From Planctomycetota bacterium (lineage in GTDB: Bacteria > Planctomycetota > MHYJ01 > JACPRB01), in assembly GCA_023261405.1 (NCBI GenBank), contig JAHFOZ010000003.1, positions 1-33,386 of the forward strand: a DNA stretch of 33,386 nt. The letters run 5' to 3'. The position numbers and the translations under genes were made by a program. The notes under the pieces are model-generated. The model was not told the DNA's origin. It worked only from the letters and a program-made list of their open reading frames with translations, and ran no database searches. This document shows positions 25,688-33,386 of the stretch, piece by piece (the first letter of the stretch is position 1; each line of letters starts with the position of its first letter).

Positions 25688-26860
25688 GTGCGGGACGTGA
25701 CGCTGCTGCTGGTCTGCCTGTGCGGTTGCACCGCCCTTCCCGGCCCTGCGGCGGAGATTTTCGCCGTGCCGGGGACGGGGATCCGGATGGAGATGGTCCG
25801 CGTTCCGGGGGGCCGCTTCGCGAGAGGGGAGGACGGTGAAGTCCGGGTCCGGCCGTTCTGGATTTCGACGCGCGAGGTCACCTGGGCGGACTTCGACTAC
25901 TTCTTCGAGTTCCCCGGGCAGGAGGAGGAAGACGGGGTCACCAGGCCCTCCAGCGGGAAGAGCTACCTGATGCTCAGCGGCCTCCCGCCCGACTTCATGG
26001 AGCCCGGGCGGCCCGTGACGAACCTCCGCTTCCACTCGGCGCTGGCGTATTGCGAGTGGCTCTCGCGCCGCACCGGGATGATCTTCCGCCTCCCCACGGA
26101 GGCCGAGTGGGAAGTGGCCTGCCGTGCGGGGGGCGAAGGGGAGGGATGGCATCGCGGCAACAGCGGCGGGCGGACGCACGCGGCGGGCGAGGGCAGGCCC
26201 GACGCCCTCGGCCTCCGCGACATGCTGGGCAACGCCTGGGAGTACTGCCTGGAGCCGCAGCGCCCGCCGGACTTCGAGCCGGTCCTCCGCGGGGGCGCCT
26301 GGAACTCGCCGCCCTCGGACCTCAAGGCCTCGAGTCGGAAGACCGCCCTTCCCGAATGGTCCGAAGCCGACCCGAACCGGCCGTTCAGCGTCTGGTGGTT
26401 TCGCGACGGGTACTCGCAGGGGTTCCGGGTCGTCCGCGTGCCCGAGGCCTCCGGACCTGAAGAGCGCGCGGCCTGTGCCCGGAAAATCGAGATCAGCGGC
26501 CTCGCCGGCCGCGAGCGCGTGGCGAAGGTCGCCGGGTCCGCCATGCACTTCAGCCGCGTGACCGGCACCGTCCGCAACGGTGGCGACCGGCCGCTGGAGG
26601 AGCTCGCCCTCAAGGTCTTCTACCTGGACCCGCAGGGGCGCCCACATCTGGAGGACACGACGTCGACCCAGACCCGCCGCGCGACGTTCAACGTCTGCTT
26701 CCCGGTGCTCGCCAACAGCGCCCATCCCGGGCCGCACGCGGCGCCGCTTCGGCCGGGGGAGAGCCGTGCGTTCGCGGTGGACCTCCCCCTCTCGTTCGAC
26801 TCCGAGGATCGCGTCGACGCCACCCGCTTCGGCGCCTCCGTCCTTTATGTGATAAAGTAA
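25688..26860 (+). CDS. FGE-sulfatase (SUMF1/EgtB/PvdO) family protein, lipoprotein-like signal, extra C-terminal beta-rich domain; lacks the FGE catalytic Cys pair
   Basis: GTG 25688 gives (M)RDVTLLLVCLCGC. Family motifs: MVRVPGGRF..G, FWISTREVTWADF, YCEWLS...G..FRLPTEAEWEVACR, GLRDMLGNAWEYC, LRGGAW, GFRVVR. There is no C....C after RGG. Confidence 0.88.
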   Translation: MRDVTLLLVCLCGCTALPGPAAEIFAVPGTGIRMEMVRVPGGRFARGEDGEVRVRPFWISTREVTWADFDYFFEFPGQEEEDGVTRPSSGKSYLMLSGLPPDFMEPGRPVTNLRFHSALAYCEWLSRRTGMIFRLPTEAEWEVACRAGGEGEGWHRGNSGGRTHAAGEGRPDALGLRDMLGNAWEYCLEPQRPPDFEPVLRGGAWNSPPSDLKASSRKTALPEWSEADPNRPFSVWWFRDGYSQGFRVVRVPEASGPEERAACARKIEISGLAGRERVAKVAGSAMHFSRVTGTVRNGGDRPLEELALKVFYLDPQGRPHLEDTTSTQTRRATFNVCFPVLANSAHPGPHAAPLRPGESRAFAVDLPLSFDSEDRVDATRFGASVLYVIK

Positions 26861-26876
26861 AGGGTTTACTTTATCA
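26850..26876. repeat. AT-rich perfect inverted repeat (12-bp arms, GGG loop) formed by the stop codons and last codons of two convergent genes
   Basis: TGATAAAGTAAA (26850-26861), GGG, TTTACTTTATCA (26865-26876). Both genes end ATA-AAG-TAA (..IK*). An additional CTTTAT/ATAAAG copy is at 26843-26857. Confidence 0.85.
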
Positions 26877-27588
26877 GTATACGGATCTTGAGGTTGCGGT
26901 ACTCGCCGCGGTCGGAGTGGTCCTGGAGGCAGATCCGGCCCTTCGAGGCCTTGGCGAAGAGCGGCTTGTCCTTGAACTTGCTCGCGGCCACCTTAGCGTT
27001 CCAGTCCTCGCTGCCGATCTCGTACTCGACGATCTTCTCGCCGTTCATCCAGTGCTCCACGCGGTTGCCGTCCGCCAGGAGGCGCACCTTGTTCCATTCC
27101 CCCGCCGGGCGCGTCAGGTCCTTCGAGGGGGCGTAGAGGCCGTAGCAGGCGCCCGCGAGCTCCCGCTTGTCGCGCGCCGGGTACTTCGCGTTGTCCAGCA
27201 CCTGCATCTCGGGGGCCTCGTGCCAGCTCGTGGCCGCCTTCTCGACCACGCGGTAGAGGACCCCCGCGTTTCCGCCCTTGGCGATCTTCCATTCCAGGGA
27301 GAGCTCGAAGTTGTCGTACTCGTCCACGGTGACAATGTCGTCGCCCCCGCCGGCCCCCTTGCCGCCCGTGCCTCCCGCGACCCGCGCCAGGACGCCGTCC
27401 ACGGCCTGCCAGCCGGGGGGGATCTTTTCCATCTTGTATCCGCGCCAGCCGTCGGTGGTCTTCCCGTCGAACAAGAGCTTCCACCCGGCCTTCTTCTCCT
27501 CCTCCGTGAGCGTGTTGTCCTGCCTCGGGGCGAGCCCGAGGGCCTGCGTCACGATCAGGACGGCGATCCCCAACACGGCGTGATTCAT
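26866..27588 (-). CDS. DUF1080 (3-keto-disaccharide hydrolase-like, ConA-like fold) secreted protein
   Basis: ATG 27588 is preceded by GGAGGA. MNHAVLGIAVLIVTQALG is the signal peptide. Hallmarks: LTEEEKKAGWKLLFDGKTTDGWRGY ... FELSLEWKI..GGNAG ... GRICLQDHSD..EYRNLKIR. The long 679-aa ORF extension upstream is a GC-rich artefact. Confidence 0.92.
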   Translation of the reverse strand: MNHAVLGIAVLIVTQALGLAPRQDNTLTEEEKKAGWKLLFDGKTTDGWRGYKMEKIPPGWQAVDGVLARVAGGTGGKGAGGGDDIVTVDEYDNFELSLEWKIAKGGNAGVLYRVVEKAATSWHEAPEMQVLDNAKYPARDKRELAGACYGLYAPSKDLTRPAGEWNKVRLLADGNRVEHWMNGEKIVEYEIGSEDWNAKVAASKFKDKPLFAKASKGRICLQDHSDRGEYRNLKIRILIK

Positions 27589-27672
27589 CGCATCCTCCGT
27601 AGATCCGTCTTCCTGATAGTACACGCGGAACCTTCCCTCCCGGACAAGAGAAGGGGAAGAGCAGGAGGTCCC

Positions 27673-29028
27673 ATGGGGCGAATGTCGATCCTCGGCGCAT
27701 TCCTCCTCCTGGCCGCCGCGACCCCCTTCGACTCCGCTCAGGGCAAGCAGGAGGCTTCCGCCTTCCGCGCCGGGTTCGCGGAGAGTGACATCACCCCGCC
27801 GATCGGCATCCCCATGCAGGGCGCCAACGCGAAGCAGAGGGCCGAGAAGGTCGTCGACCCGCTCTTCGCGCGCGCGGCGGTCTTCGAGAGGGGCGCCGAG
27901 CTCGTGGGCTTCATCCAGCTCGACCTCGCCTGCATCTCCGCGGAGGACACCGCCGCGATCCGGACGAGAATCGCCGCGGACCACGGCACGCCGGCGGCGC
28001 GTGTGATGGTGACGGCCACGCACAACCACGCGGGCCCTGCCGTGATCGACGAGGCCCTGCCGCGCGACCAGGCCTGGGTCGCTTCCATGGTCGAGAAAGC
28101 CTCGGCGGTCTTCGGCAAGGCGCTCGAGGCCCGGCAGGAGGCGCAGGCGGGGGCCGCGAGCGTCTTCGAGTGGGAGGTCTCGTTCAACCGGCGCATCGTC
28201 ATGCGCGACGGCACCGTGCGCACCCACGGCTCGTTCAAGAGCCCGGACGCGCTGCGCTTCGAGGGGCCGATCGACCCCGAGGTGGCCGTCTACGCCGTGC
28301 GAGGGAAGGACGGGAAGATCGCGGGGGCCATCGTCAACTTCGCCTGCCACCCGGGGCACTACTGGGCGAAGTGCATCCTGAGCGGGGGCTACCCGGGCGC
28401 GGTGGCGCGGGCGCTCAAGGAGAAGGGCGTCCCGGTCACGCTCTTCCTGCAGGGCGCGGCCGGCAACATGCACCACCAGGACCCGCGGGGATTCCCGGAG
28501 AAGACCCTGGAGGAGATCGGGCAGCGCCTCGCGGACGACGCGGAGAAGGCGATCGGGAAGATCAAGTGGAAGGCGCCGTCGCGGATCAGCGCCCGCTCGA
28601 AGACGCTGGAGATCCCCTACCGGATGCCGACCGAGGCGGACCTCCAGGGGACCGCGAAGGGCGCGCAGCGCTTCGGCGAGAAGGGCTACTACGACCGGAA
28701 GATCGCCGAGCTGCTCGAGGGGATCAAGAAGAAAAACGGGGTCGAGCCCGCCGAGGTGCAGGTCTTCCGCCTCGACGACGTGGCCTTCGCCGCGCAGCCC
28801 TCGGAGAGCTTTGCGGAGCACGGGCTCCGCATCAAGGAGGAGACCTCGCCCGAGCGGACCTTTGTGGTCTGCTATGCGAACGGGATGCTCGGGTACCTTC
28901 CGCACGTCGAAGGCTTCAAGCGCGGCGGCTACGAAGCCACGTTCGGCCCGCCGAGCTGCATGGCCCCCGACGCGGGCGACCGCCTGGCGGACGCGGCGAT
29001 CGAGCTCATCCGAGCGACTCGGCCCTGA
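27673..29028 (+). CDS. Neutral/alkaline non-lysosomal ceramidase N-terminal domain-like hydrolase
   Basis: ATG 27673 is preceded by AGGAGG. It has a signal peptide (MGRMSILGAFLLLAAATPFDSA). Motifs: FRAGFAESDITPPIGIPMQG, VDPLFARAAVFE, VMVTATHNHAGP, NFACHP. Confidence 0.85.
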   Translation: MGRMSILGAFLLLAAATPFDSAQGKQEASAFRAGFAESDITPPIGIPMQGANAKQRAEKVVDPLFARAAVFERGAELVGFIQLDLACISAEDTAAIRTRIAADHGTPAARVMVTATHNHAGPAVIDEALPRDQAWVASMVEKASAVFGKALEARQEAQAGAASVFEWEVSFNRRIVMRDGTVRTHGSFKSPDALRFEGPIDPEVAVYAVRGKDGKIAGAIVNFACHPGHYWAKCILSGGYPGAVARALKEKGVPVTLFLQGAAGNMHHQDPRGFPEKTLEEIGQRLADDAEKAIGKIKWKAPSRISARSKTLEIPYRMPTEADLQGTAKGAQRFGEKGYYDRKIAELLEGIKKKNGVEPAEVQVFRLDDVAFAAQPSESFAEHGLRIKEETSPERTFVVCYANGMLGYLPHVEGFKRGGYEATFGPPSCMAPDAGDRLADAAIELIRATRP

Positions 29029-29030
29029 GG

Positions 29031-30095
29031 CTATTTCGACTGGAAGATCTCGAGCCCTCCCGCTTCGATCTTGATGTCAAGCCCGTGGGGGAGCGTGAGG
29101 AGCTCCAGGACGTCCCCGAGCGTGAGATCTTTGACCTTGAACGTGATCGGCCCGGCCCAGCGCCCCCCGGTGATCTTGAGATCCGTGAACTCGCGGATGA
29201 ATTCGAGCATGTCCGCCGGCGAGGTATCCTCGAAGGCCAGATCGATCTTCATCGTCTGGAGCTTTCGGGAGGCAGCCGCACCAAGACTCGCCAGCTCCTG
29301 GCTTCTCCAGTGTCCGGCGAGGGGGATCGATCCCCAGGTTCGGGGGGGGCGCCGGATCTCATCCAGGAGGGCGGCCGCGCGCGCCGCCACCTCGGCGTCC
29401 TTCGACTCGGCGGCCTCCTCGAGGAGCGGGACCACGCCCCTCCCGAGCTTGCGGAGCTCGGCGGCGGCCTGGTCGCGCTTCTCGGGCGACTCGGCCCCGA
29501 GGGCGGCGACGTGCTCCCGGGCCCGCTTCTTGTCTTCCTCGCTGGGCGGGCCGGACGGTTCCTTCTTCGCGGCCGGCCACAGGCGCTCCGGGGCGGCCAG
29601 GAAGAGCACGCCGAAGCGTTGGTCGTAGTCGAGGCCGGACTGCAGGAACAAGTCGTCCAGAACCCGCCGCACCGGGACGTCGGCCTTCCTGAGGCTGACC
29701 GCGGCCGGATCGCGACGGGGCGCTGGATCCAGGACGATATTGAGGCCGGAGATCTCCCGCAAGTAATCGAGGACCGCGCTTACGGGCGCATCCTGCATGT
29801 CGATCGACATCTTGAGGGTGCCCAGCTTCTCGAACGTGGATTCGGCCTCCTTGGGCTGGATCGCGCTCTTCAGCTGGAACGCAAGGTCGGCCAGCGCTTC
29901 GTTCCGGGAGGAGTCTTTGAGCCGGGCGCGCGTCTGCGCCAGCGGAAGGAGGGCCTGGTCGCCCCTTCCGGCGAGGGCCTTCCGCGCGCGTGTGGCCGCG
30001 ACCTCGTCGGCGCCGCGGAAGATGCGGATCAACTCCTCGGTCGGGAGCGCCTCGGCTTGGAGCGCAAGCAAGGCGCCAAGGGCCATCGAGAGCAT
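29031..30095 (-). CDS. Secreted hypothetical protein: two STN-like small domains flanking HEAT-like repeats
   Basis: ATG 30095 is the only ATG/GTG/TTG start codon between the upstream stop (30136) and the hydrophobic N-terminus MLSMALGALLALQAEA. Duplicated motif: MSIDMQDAPVSAVLDYLREISGLNIVLD / IDLAFEDTSPADMLEFIREFTDLKIT. The central segment PEKRDQAAAELRKLGRGVVPLLEEAAESKDAEVAARAAALL is HEAT-like. Confidence 0.7.
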   Translation of the reverse strand: MLSMALGALLALQAEALPTEELIRIFRGADEVAATRARKALAGRGDQALLPLAQTRARLKDSSRNEALADLAFQLKSAIQPKEAESTFEKLGTLKMSIDMQDAPVSAVLDYLREISGLNIVLDPAPRRDPAAVSLRKADVPVRRVLDDLFLQSGLDYDQRFGVLFLAAPERLWPAAKKEPSGPPSEEDKKRAREHVAALGAESPEKRDQAAAELRKLGRGVVPLLEEAAESKDAEVAARAAALLDEIRRPPRTWGSIPLAGHWRSQELASLGAAASRKLQTMKIDLAFEDTSPADMLEFIREFTDLKITGGRWAGPITFKVKDLTLGDVLELLTLPHGLDIKIEAGGLEIFQSK

Positions 30096-30135
30096 CAGTA
30101 TACTGGACGGAAGGACCGCCCCGTGCCCGTGCGAC

Positions 30136-31500
30136 TCAGCGCGCCGCGCGGAAGCGGACGCGGAGCAGGTCGCCCTTCTTGTAGGCCCCTGTGCGGGGGA
30201 CGAGGACGAAGGGGTCGGAGACGATCGCCACGCCTTCGAGGAGTTCCACCTTCCCGACACGGCGCGGGAGGAGCAGCGCCGGGGGGCGGCCCCAGGAGCC
30301 GTCGGCGCGGGCGGCACCCTCGAGCGTGAACACCCCGTCCTTCTCGGTGAGCGTGAGCGGGAAGGGCGCGTCGCCCTGGCGGTCGAGGCGGGCCTCCCAG
30401 GCGGGGTCTCCATAGAAAGCCACGGTGTCGCGGTCCCAGAGGAGGCCGAGGGCGTCCTTCTCGCGGATCCCGTGCTTGCGCGCCAGGGCGGGCAGCAGGT
30501 TGGGGTCGGACTCGATCCCGAACTCGTCGAGGTCCACCCGGGCGTGTTTGGGGAAGCGCGACTCGAGCTGCCAGACGAGCGCCTGGTTGTTCAGGAAGAA
30601 ACTCTCCGCGTAGGTGTGGGCGCCCGTCATGAAGTAGTCATGCACGCCCCAGCCGCCGTAGCCGAACCACGTCGACACCGTGTAGCCCACCATCTGGTGG
30701 ACGCCCCCCGTGTGCATCCAGGCCAGGGCCATCGCGTCGCGGTCGGGGATGCGCCCCATGAGGCAGTTGCCGAGGGCGCTGTAGACTTTCGGGGAGGGCG
30801 AGGCGATGGGATGGCGCCCGCCGCGAAGGTCGAGGCCGAAGAGCTTCCCCTCCGCGCAGCGGAACTGGCCGTTCGGATACGAGTAACCGATCTGCCAGTC
30901 TCGCTCCGTGGCATGGCCGCTTGTCTGGAAGAGATCGCAGCCGCGGTTGAGCTCCTCGACGATCGCCTGCGTGCTGTCGTCGGGGCAGGCCTTCTTCTCC
31001 GGCAGCCCGCCCTTTTCCTTCCTCCAGCAGACGTTCTTCTCCCCCTCGGAGTACCACGCGCCCTCGGCGAAGATCTCGAGCGGCACGCCCGTCCCCGCCA
31101 GCGCTCGCCGGACGCGGAGGGGCTCCTTCCGCTCCGCGATGCGCTTCGCGTCCGCGGCGTCGTAGCCCGTAAGGATCCCCCAGAGGCAGTCCCCGTAAGG
31201 ATCGTCGTCGAGGGCCCTCGTCAGGCGATGGACGGCAACGACGAAAGGCCTGTCGGCCTCCTCCGGACGGGCGACGAAGCAGGCGTAGCGGGGGGCCACG
31301 CGGGACAGCTCGGCGCGGGCCTCCTCGACCCCCTTCTCCCAGGTCACGACCGCGGCGCCGCCGTGCTTCGCGCGAAGGGCCTCCACCACGCCGGTCCACG
31401 CCGCCTGTGTGGCCTTCGAGACGACGATCGCATAGGAGGGCTCGGGCGGACGCGCCTGGGCGAGGAGGAAGGCCGCAAGGATCGCGTGCAGGCTGTTCAT
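30136..31500 (-). CDS. Secreted protein with gingipain/peptidase C25-like (clan CD) His/Cys signature
   Basis: ATG 31500 gives the signal peptide MNSLHAILAAFLLAQA. TSGHATERDW resembles the G-H-G-S-E-T-x-W around the gingipain catalytic His (from memory). ALGNCLMG...AMALAWMHTGGVHQMVGYTVSTW resembles the A-C-x-x-G...A.A.M...GA...G.S..S.W region around the catalytic Cys. The 1068-aa ORF extension upstream of 31500 is antisense to the next real gene. Confidence 0.7.
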   Translation of the reverse strand: MNSLHAILAAFLLAQARPPEPSYAIVVSKATQAAWTGVVEALRAKHGGAAVVTWEKGVEEARAELSRVAPRYACFVARPEEADRPFVVAVHRLTRALDDDPYGDCLWGILTGYDAADAKRIAERKEPLRVRRALAGTGVPLEIFAEGAWYSEGEKNVCWRKEKGGLPEKKACPDDSTQAIVEELNRGCDLFQTSGHATERDWQIGYSYPNGQFRCAEGKLFGLDLRGGRHPIASPSPKVYSALGNCLMGRIPDRDAMALAWMHTGGVHQMVGYTVSTWFGYGGWGVHDYFMTGAHTYAESFFLNNQALVWQLESRFPKHARVDLDEFGIESDPNLLPALARKHGIREKDALGLLWDRDTVAFYGDPAWEARLDRQGDAPFPLTLTEKDGVFTLEGAARADGSWGRPPALLLPRRVGKVELLEGVAIVSDPFVLVPRTGAYKKGDLLRVRFRAAR

Positions 31501-31578
31501 GCCATGAGAAGAGACACCGCCGCCGGGTCCCTGCGTGCGGCCGGCGCCCGATCGTACCCCGCCTTCCCCGCGTACCCG

Positions 31579-31607
31579 TTCACATCCGGGGGGGTAATTG
31601 GTATAAA
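31579..31607 (+). promoter_or_regulatory. Candidate sigma70-like promoter (TTCACA - 17 nt - TATAAA) for the third PSCyt gene
   Basis: TTCACA at 31579-31584 and TATAAA at 31602-31607 have exactly 17-nt spacing, within the only AT-rich patch of the divergent intergenic region. GGAG at 31625-31628 lies before ATG 31639. Confidence 0.35.
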
Positions 31608-31638
31608 GTACCAGACCTCCTTTCGGAGTCCTCGGGCG

Positions 31639-33386
31639 ATGCTGCCGATCCGCTGTGCCGCGCTCATCCTCGTCCTCCTGGCCACGGGCCGCCCCGCGCC
31701 CGGCGCCGGAGATCCGCAAGACCCCGTCCGCTTCAACCGCGACATCCGCCCCATCCTCGCGGCCAACTGCTTCGCGTGCCACGGACCCGACCCGGGCTCC
31801 CGCAAGGCGAAGCTGCGCCTCGACCGCGAGGAAGGCTTCTTCGGAGACCGGGAGGGCGGCCCCACCGTCGTTCGTGGAAAGGCGGAGGCGAGCCCGCTTT
31901 ACCAGCGCATCACCCACAACGATCCCGAAGAGGTCATGCCTCCGACCAAGTCGAAAAAGACGCTCAAGCCGGCGGAGAAGGAGTTCCTCAAGAGATGGAT
32001 CGCCCAGGGCGCCCCGTGGGAGGCCCACTGGTCGTTGATCAAGCCCGAGCGGCCCGCGCCGCCCGCCGTGAAGGACGCCTCGTGGGTGCGGAACGCGGTC
32101 GACCGCTTCGTGCTCGCGCGCCTCGAGGCCGAGGGTCTCAAGCCCGCCCCCGAGGCCGACCGCCGCACGCTGGCGCGGCGCCTCTCGCTCGACCTCACGG
32201 GCCTCCCGCCCGATCCGGACGAGGTCGAGGCGTTCGTCGCGGACCGGTCCGCCGACGCGGTCGAGAAGCTCGTGGACCGCTGGCTGGCCTCGCCCCGCTA
32301 CGGCGAGCACCGCGCGCGGTACTGGCTGGACGCCGCCCGCTACGCCGACACGCACGGCCTCCACTTCGACAACTTCCGCGACATCTGGCCCTACCGCGAC
32401 TGGGTGGTGAACGCCTTCAACGCGAACCAGCCGTTCGACCAGTTCACCGTGGACCAGCTTGCCGGCGACCTCCGTCCCGAGCCCACGAAGGAGCAGCGGG
32501 TCGCCACCGGCTTCCACCGATGCAACATCACCACGAACGAGGGCGGGACCATCGCCGAGGAAAACCTCGCCAACTACGCCCGCGAGCGCGTCGAGTCGAC
32601 CTCCGCGGTCTGGCTCGGGCTCACGGCCAACTGCGCCGTCTGCCACGACCACAAGTTCGATCCCATCACCACGAAGGACTTCTATTCCCTGAGCGCCTTC
32701 TTCCGGAACACCACGCAGGGCGCGCTGGACGGCAACGTGCGCGACACCGCGCCCGTGATGATGATCCCGAAGCCGGAGGACGAGAAGCGCTGGGAGGAGA
32801 TCCCGAAAGAGGCCGAGGGGGCGAAGAAGGCCGCGGTCGACCGGCGCAAGGACCTCCGCGCGGAGTGGGAGAAGTGGCTCGAGACCGCCAAGGCCGAAGA
32901 CTGGGACGCGGAGGTCGCCAAGATCGGCCCGCCCGCCTTCCACCTCCCGCTCGACGCGGAGCAGCCCGCCGATGGGGTCACGGGCACGCTCGCCGGAAAG
33001 CCGGTGACGGCGAAGGCCGCCGCCCCGATCCACTGGGAGGAGCGGCCCGGCCACGGCAAGGCGCTGGTGCTCGACGGGAAGTCGCCCCTCGACCTGCAGG
33101 GCGACGCGGGGGCGTTCGAGAAAGACGGCAAGGTCTCCTTTGGCTGCTGGATCAAGCTGCACAAGGGCTTCCAGGGGGCGGCGTCGGTCATCGCCCGGAT
33201 GGACGACGACGACGCCTACCGGGGTTGGGACCTCTACGTCCAGAACAACGAGTTCGGCGCCCACCTGATCCACACGTGGCCCCAGGACGCGATCAAGGTG
33301 GTCACCACGGGCGGCCAGGCGAAGCCGGAAACCTGGCAGCACGTCTTCGTCACCTACGACGGCTCGCTGAAGGGCGAGGGGTTCAA
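31639..33386 (+). CDS. PSCyt1 - DUF1549/PSCyt2 - LamG/ConA-like lectin domain protein, 3'-partial (runs off the window)
   Basis: It is not in the ORF track because no stop is reached. I translated frame 1 from ATG 31639 to the window end without a stop: MLPIRCAALILVLLATG...IRPILAANCFACHGPD...[10 protein letters not shown]...CAVCHDHKFDP..., then a LamG-like block (GKALVLDG...VSFGCWIKL...ARMDDDDAYRGWDLYVQNNEFGAHL...WQHVFVTYDG). Confidence 0.9.
   Translation, partial: MLPIRCAALILVLLATGRPAPGAGDPQDPVRFNRDIRPILAANCFACHGPDPGSRKAKLRLDREEGFFGDREGGPTVVRGKAEASPLYQRITHNDPEEVMPPTKSKKTLKPAEKEFLKRWIAQGAPWEAHWSLIKPERPAPPAVKDASWVRNAVDRFVLARLEAEGLKPAPEADRRTLARRLSLDLTGLPPDPDEVEAFVADRSADAVEKLVDRWLASPRYGEHRARYWLDAARYADTHGLHFDNFRDIWPYRDWVVNAFNANQPFDQFTVDQLAGDLRPEPTKEQRVATGFHRCNITTNEGGTIAEENLANYARERVESTSAVWLGLTANCAVCHDHKFDPITTKDFYSLSAFFRNTTQGALDGNVRDTAPVMMIPKPEDEKRWEEIPKEAEGAKKAAVDRRKDLRAEWEKWLETAKAEDWDAEVAKIGPPAFHLPLDAEQPADGVTGTLAGKPVTAKAAAPIHWEERPGHGKALVLDGKSPLDLQGDAGAFEKDGKVSFGCWIKLHKGFQGAASVIARMDDDDAYRGWDLYVQNNEFGAHLIHTWPQDAIKVVTTGGQAKPETWQHVFVTYDGSLKGEGF

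Noticed and set aside
25688-26860. Linking the FGE-family gene functionally to the DUF1501 sulfatase-like proteins as their formylglycine maturase.
   Set aside because: The protein lacks the catalytic Cys pair. The DUF1501 proteins show GGPSH/GSPPH at the nucleophile region rather than a C/S-x-P-x-R FGly motif. The genes are also in different transcription units.
26873-30102. Shared AT-rich 10-mer ATCAGTATAC at 26873-26882 and 30093-30102. The second copy forms the palindrome CAGTATACTG just upstream of ATG 30095 and overlapping its first base.
   Set aside because: A single 10-nt coincidence in 33 kb on two strands is within chance expectation, and I saw no further similarity in the flanks. 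It is only worth revisiting if a genome-wide motif search finds more copies.
26866-33342. Upstream extensions of listed ORFs 26866-28905 (679 aa), 26917-29028 (703 aa), 29031-30413 (460 aa) and 30136-33342 (1068 aa).
   Set aside because: The extensions are antisense to neighbouring real genes and low-complexity. Internal ATGs at 27588, 27673, 30095 and 31500 are each followed by a signal peptide and the onset of recognisable domains, and the first two are preceded by GGAGG-type RBS. The short forms were annotated.

Overview
Very GC-rich window (about 65-70% G+C by eye, not computed; third codon positions almost always G/C). Gene content points to the PVC superphylum, most likely Planctomycetota. 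I support 19 protein-coding genes and found no rRNA, tRNA, CRISPR array, transposase or integrase. From left to right: (1) a + strand operon with a 5'-truncated giant cell-surface protein (FN3/Ig-like repeats, three PKD domains). This protein carries an internal MYXO-CTERM-like sorting segment and is fused in frame to an alginate-export-type outer-membrane barrel. It is followed by a small secreted protein, a FecR-domain protein and a CHASE2-sensor class III nucleotide cyclase. (2) Three paralogous 'Planctomycete cytochrome' giants (PSCyt1 + DUF1549/PSCyt2 + DUF1553/PSD1). Each has a different inserted binding module (WD40 propeller, discoidin, LamG). Two are paired with Tat-exported DUF1501 proteins, and one operon also carries ThuA-like and FNR-like reductase genes. 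(3) A TetR repressor divergent from an exported DUF1326 Cys-cluster lipoprotein, with a near-consensus promoter overlapped by a perfect 18-bp palindrome. Downstream lies a thioredoxin-fold gene interrupted by an in-frame TGA at the redox-motif position, with a hairpin just 3' of it (candidate selenoprotein). (4) Typical planctomycete secreted enzymes: an FGE-family protein lacking the catalytic cysteines, DUF1080, a neutral-ceramidase-like protein, an STN/HEAT protein and a gingipain(C25)-like protein. The most interesting items are the candidate Sec-containing thioredoxin-like gene, the adhesin-barrel fusion with a stranded sorting signal upstream of a FecR/CHASE2 cAMP module, and the AT-rich inverted repeat built from the last codons of two convergent genes. 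All family assignments come from motif recognition by eye. No database search was run.
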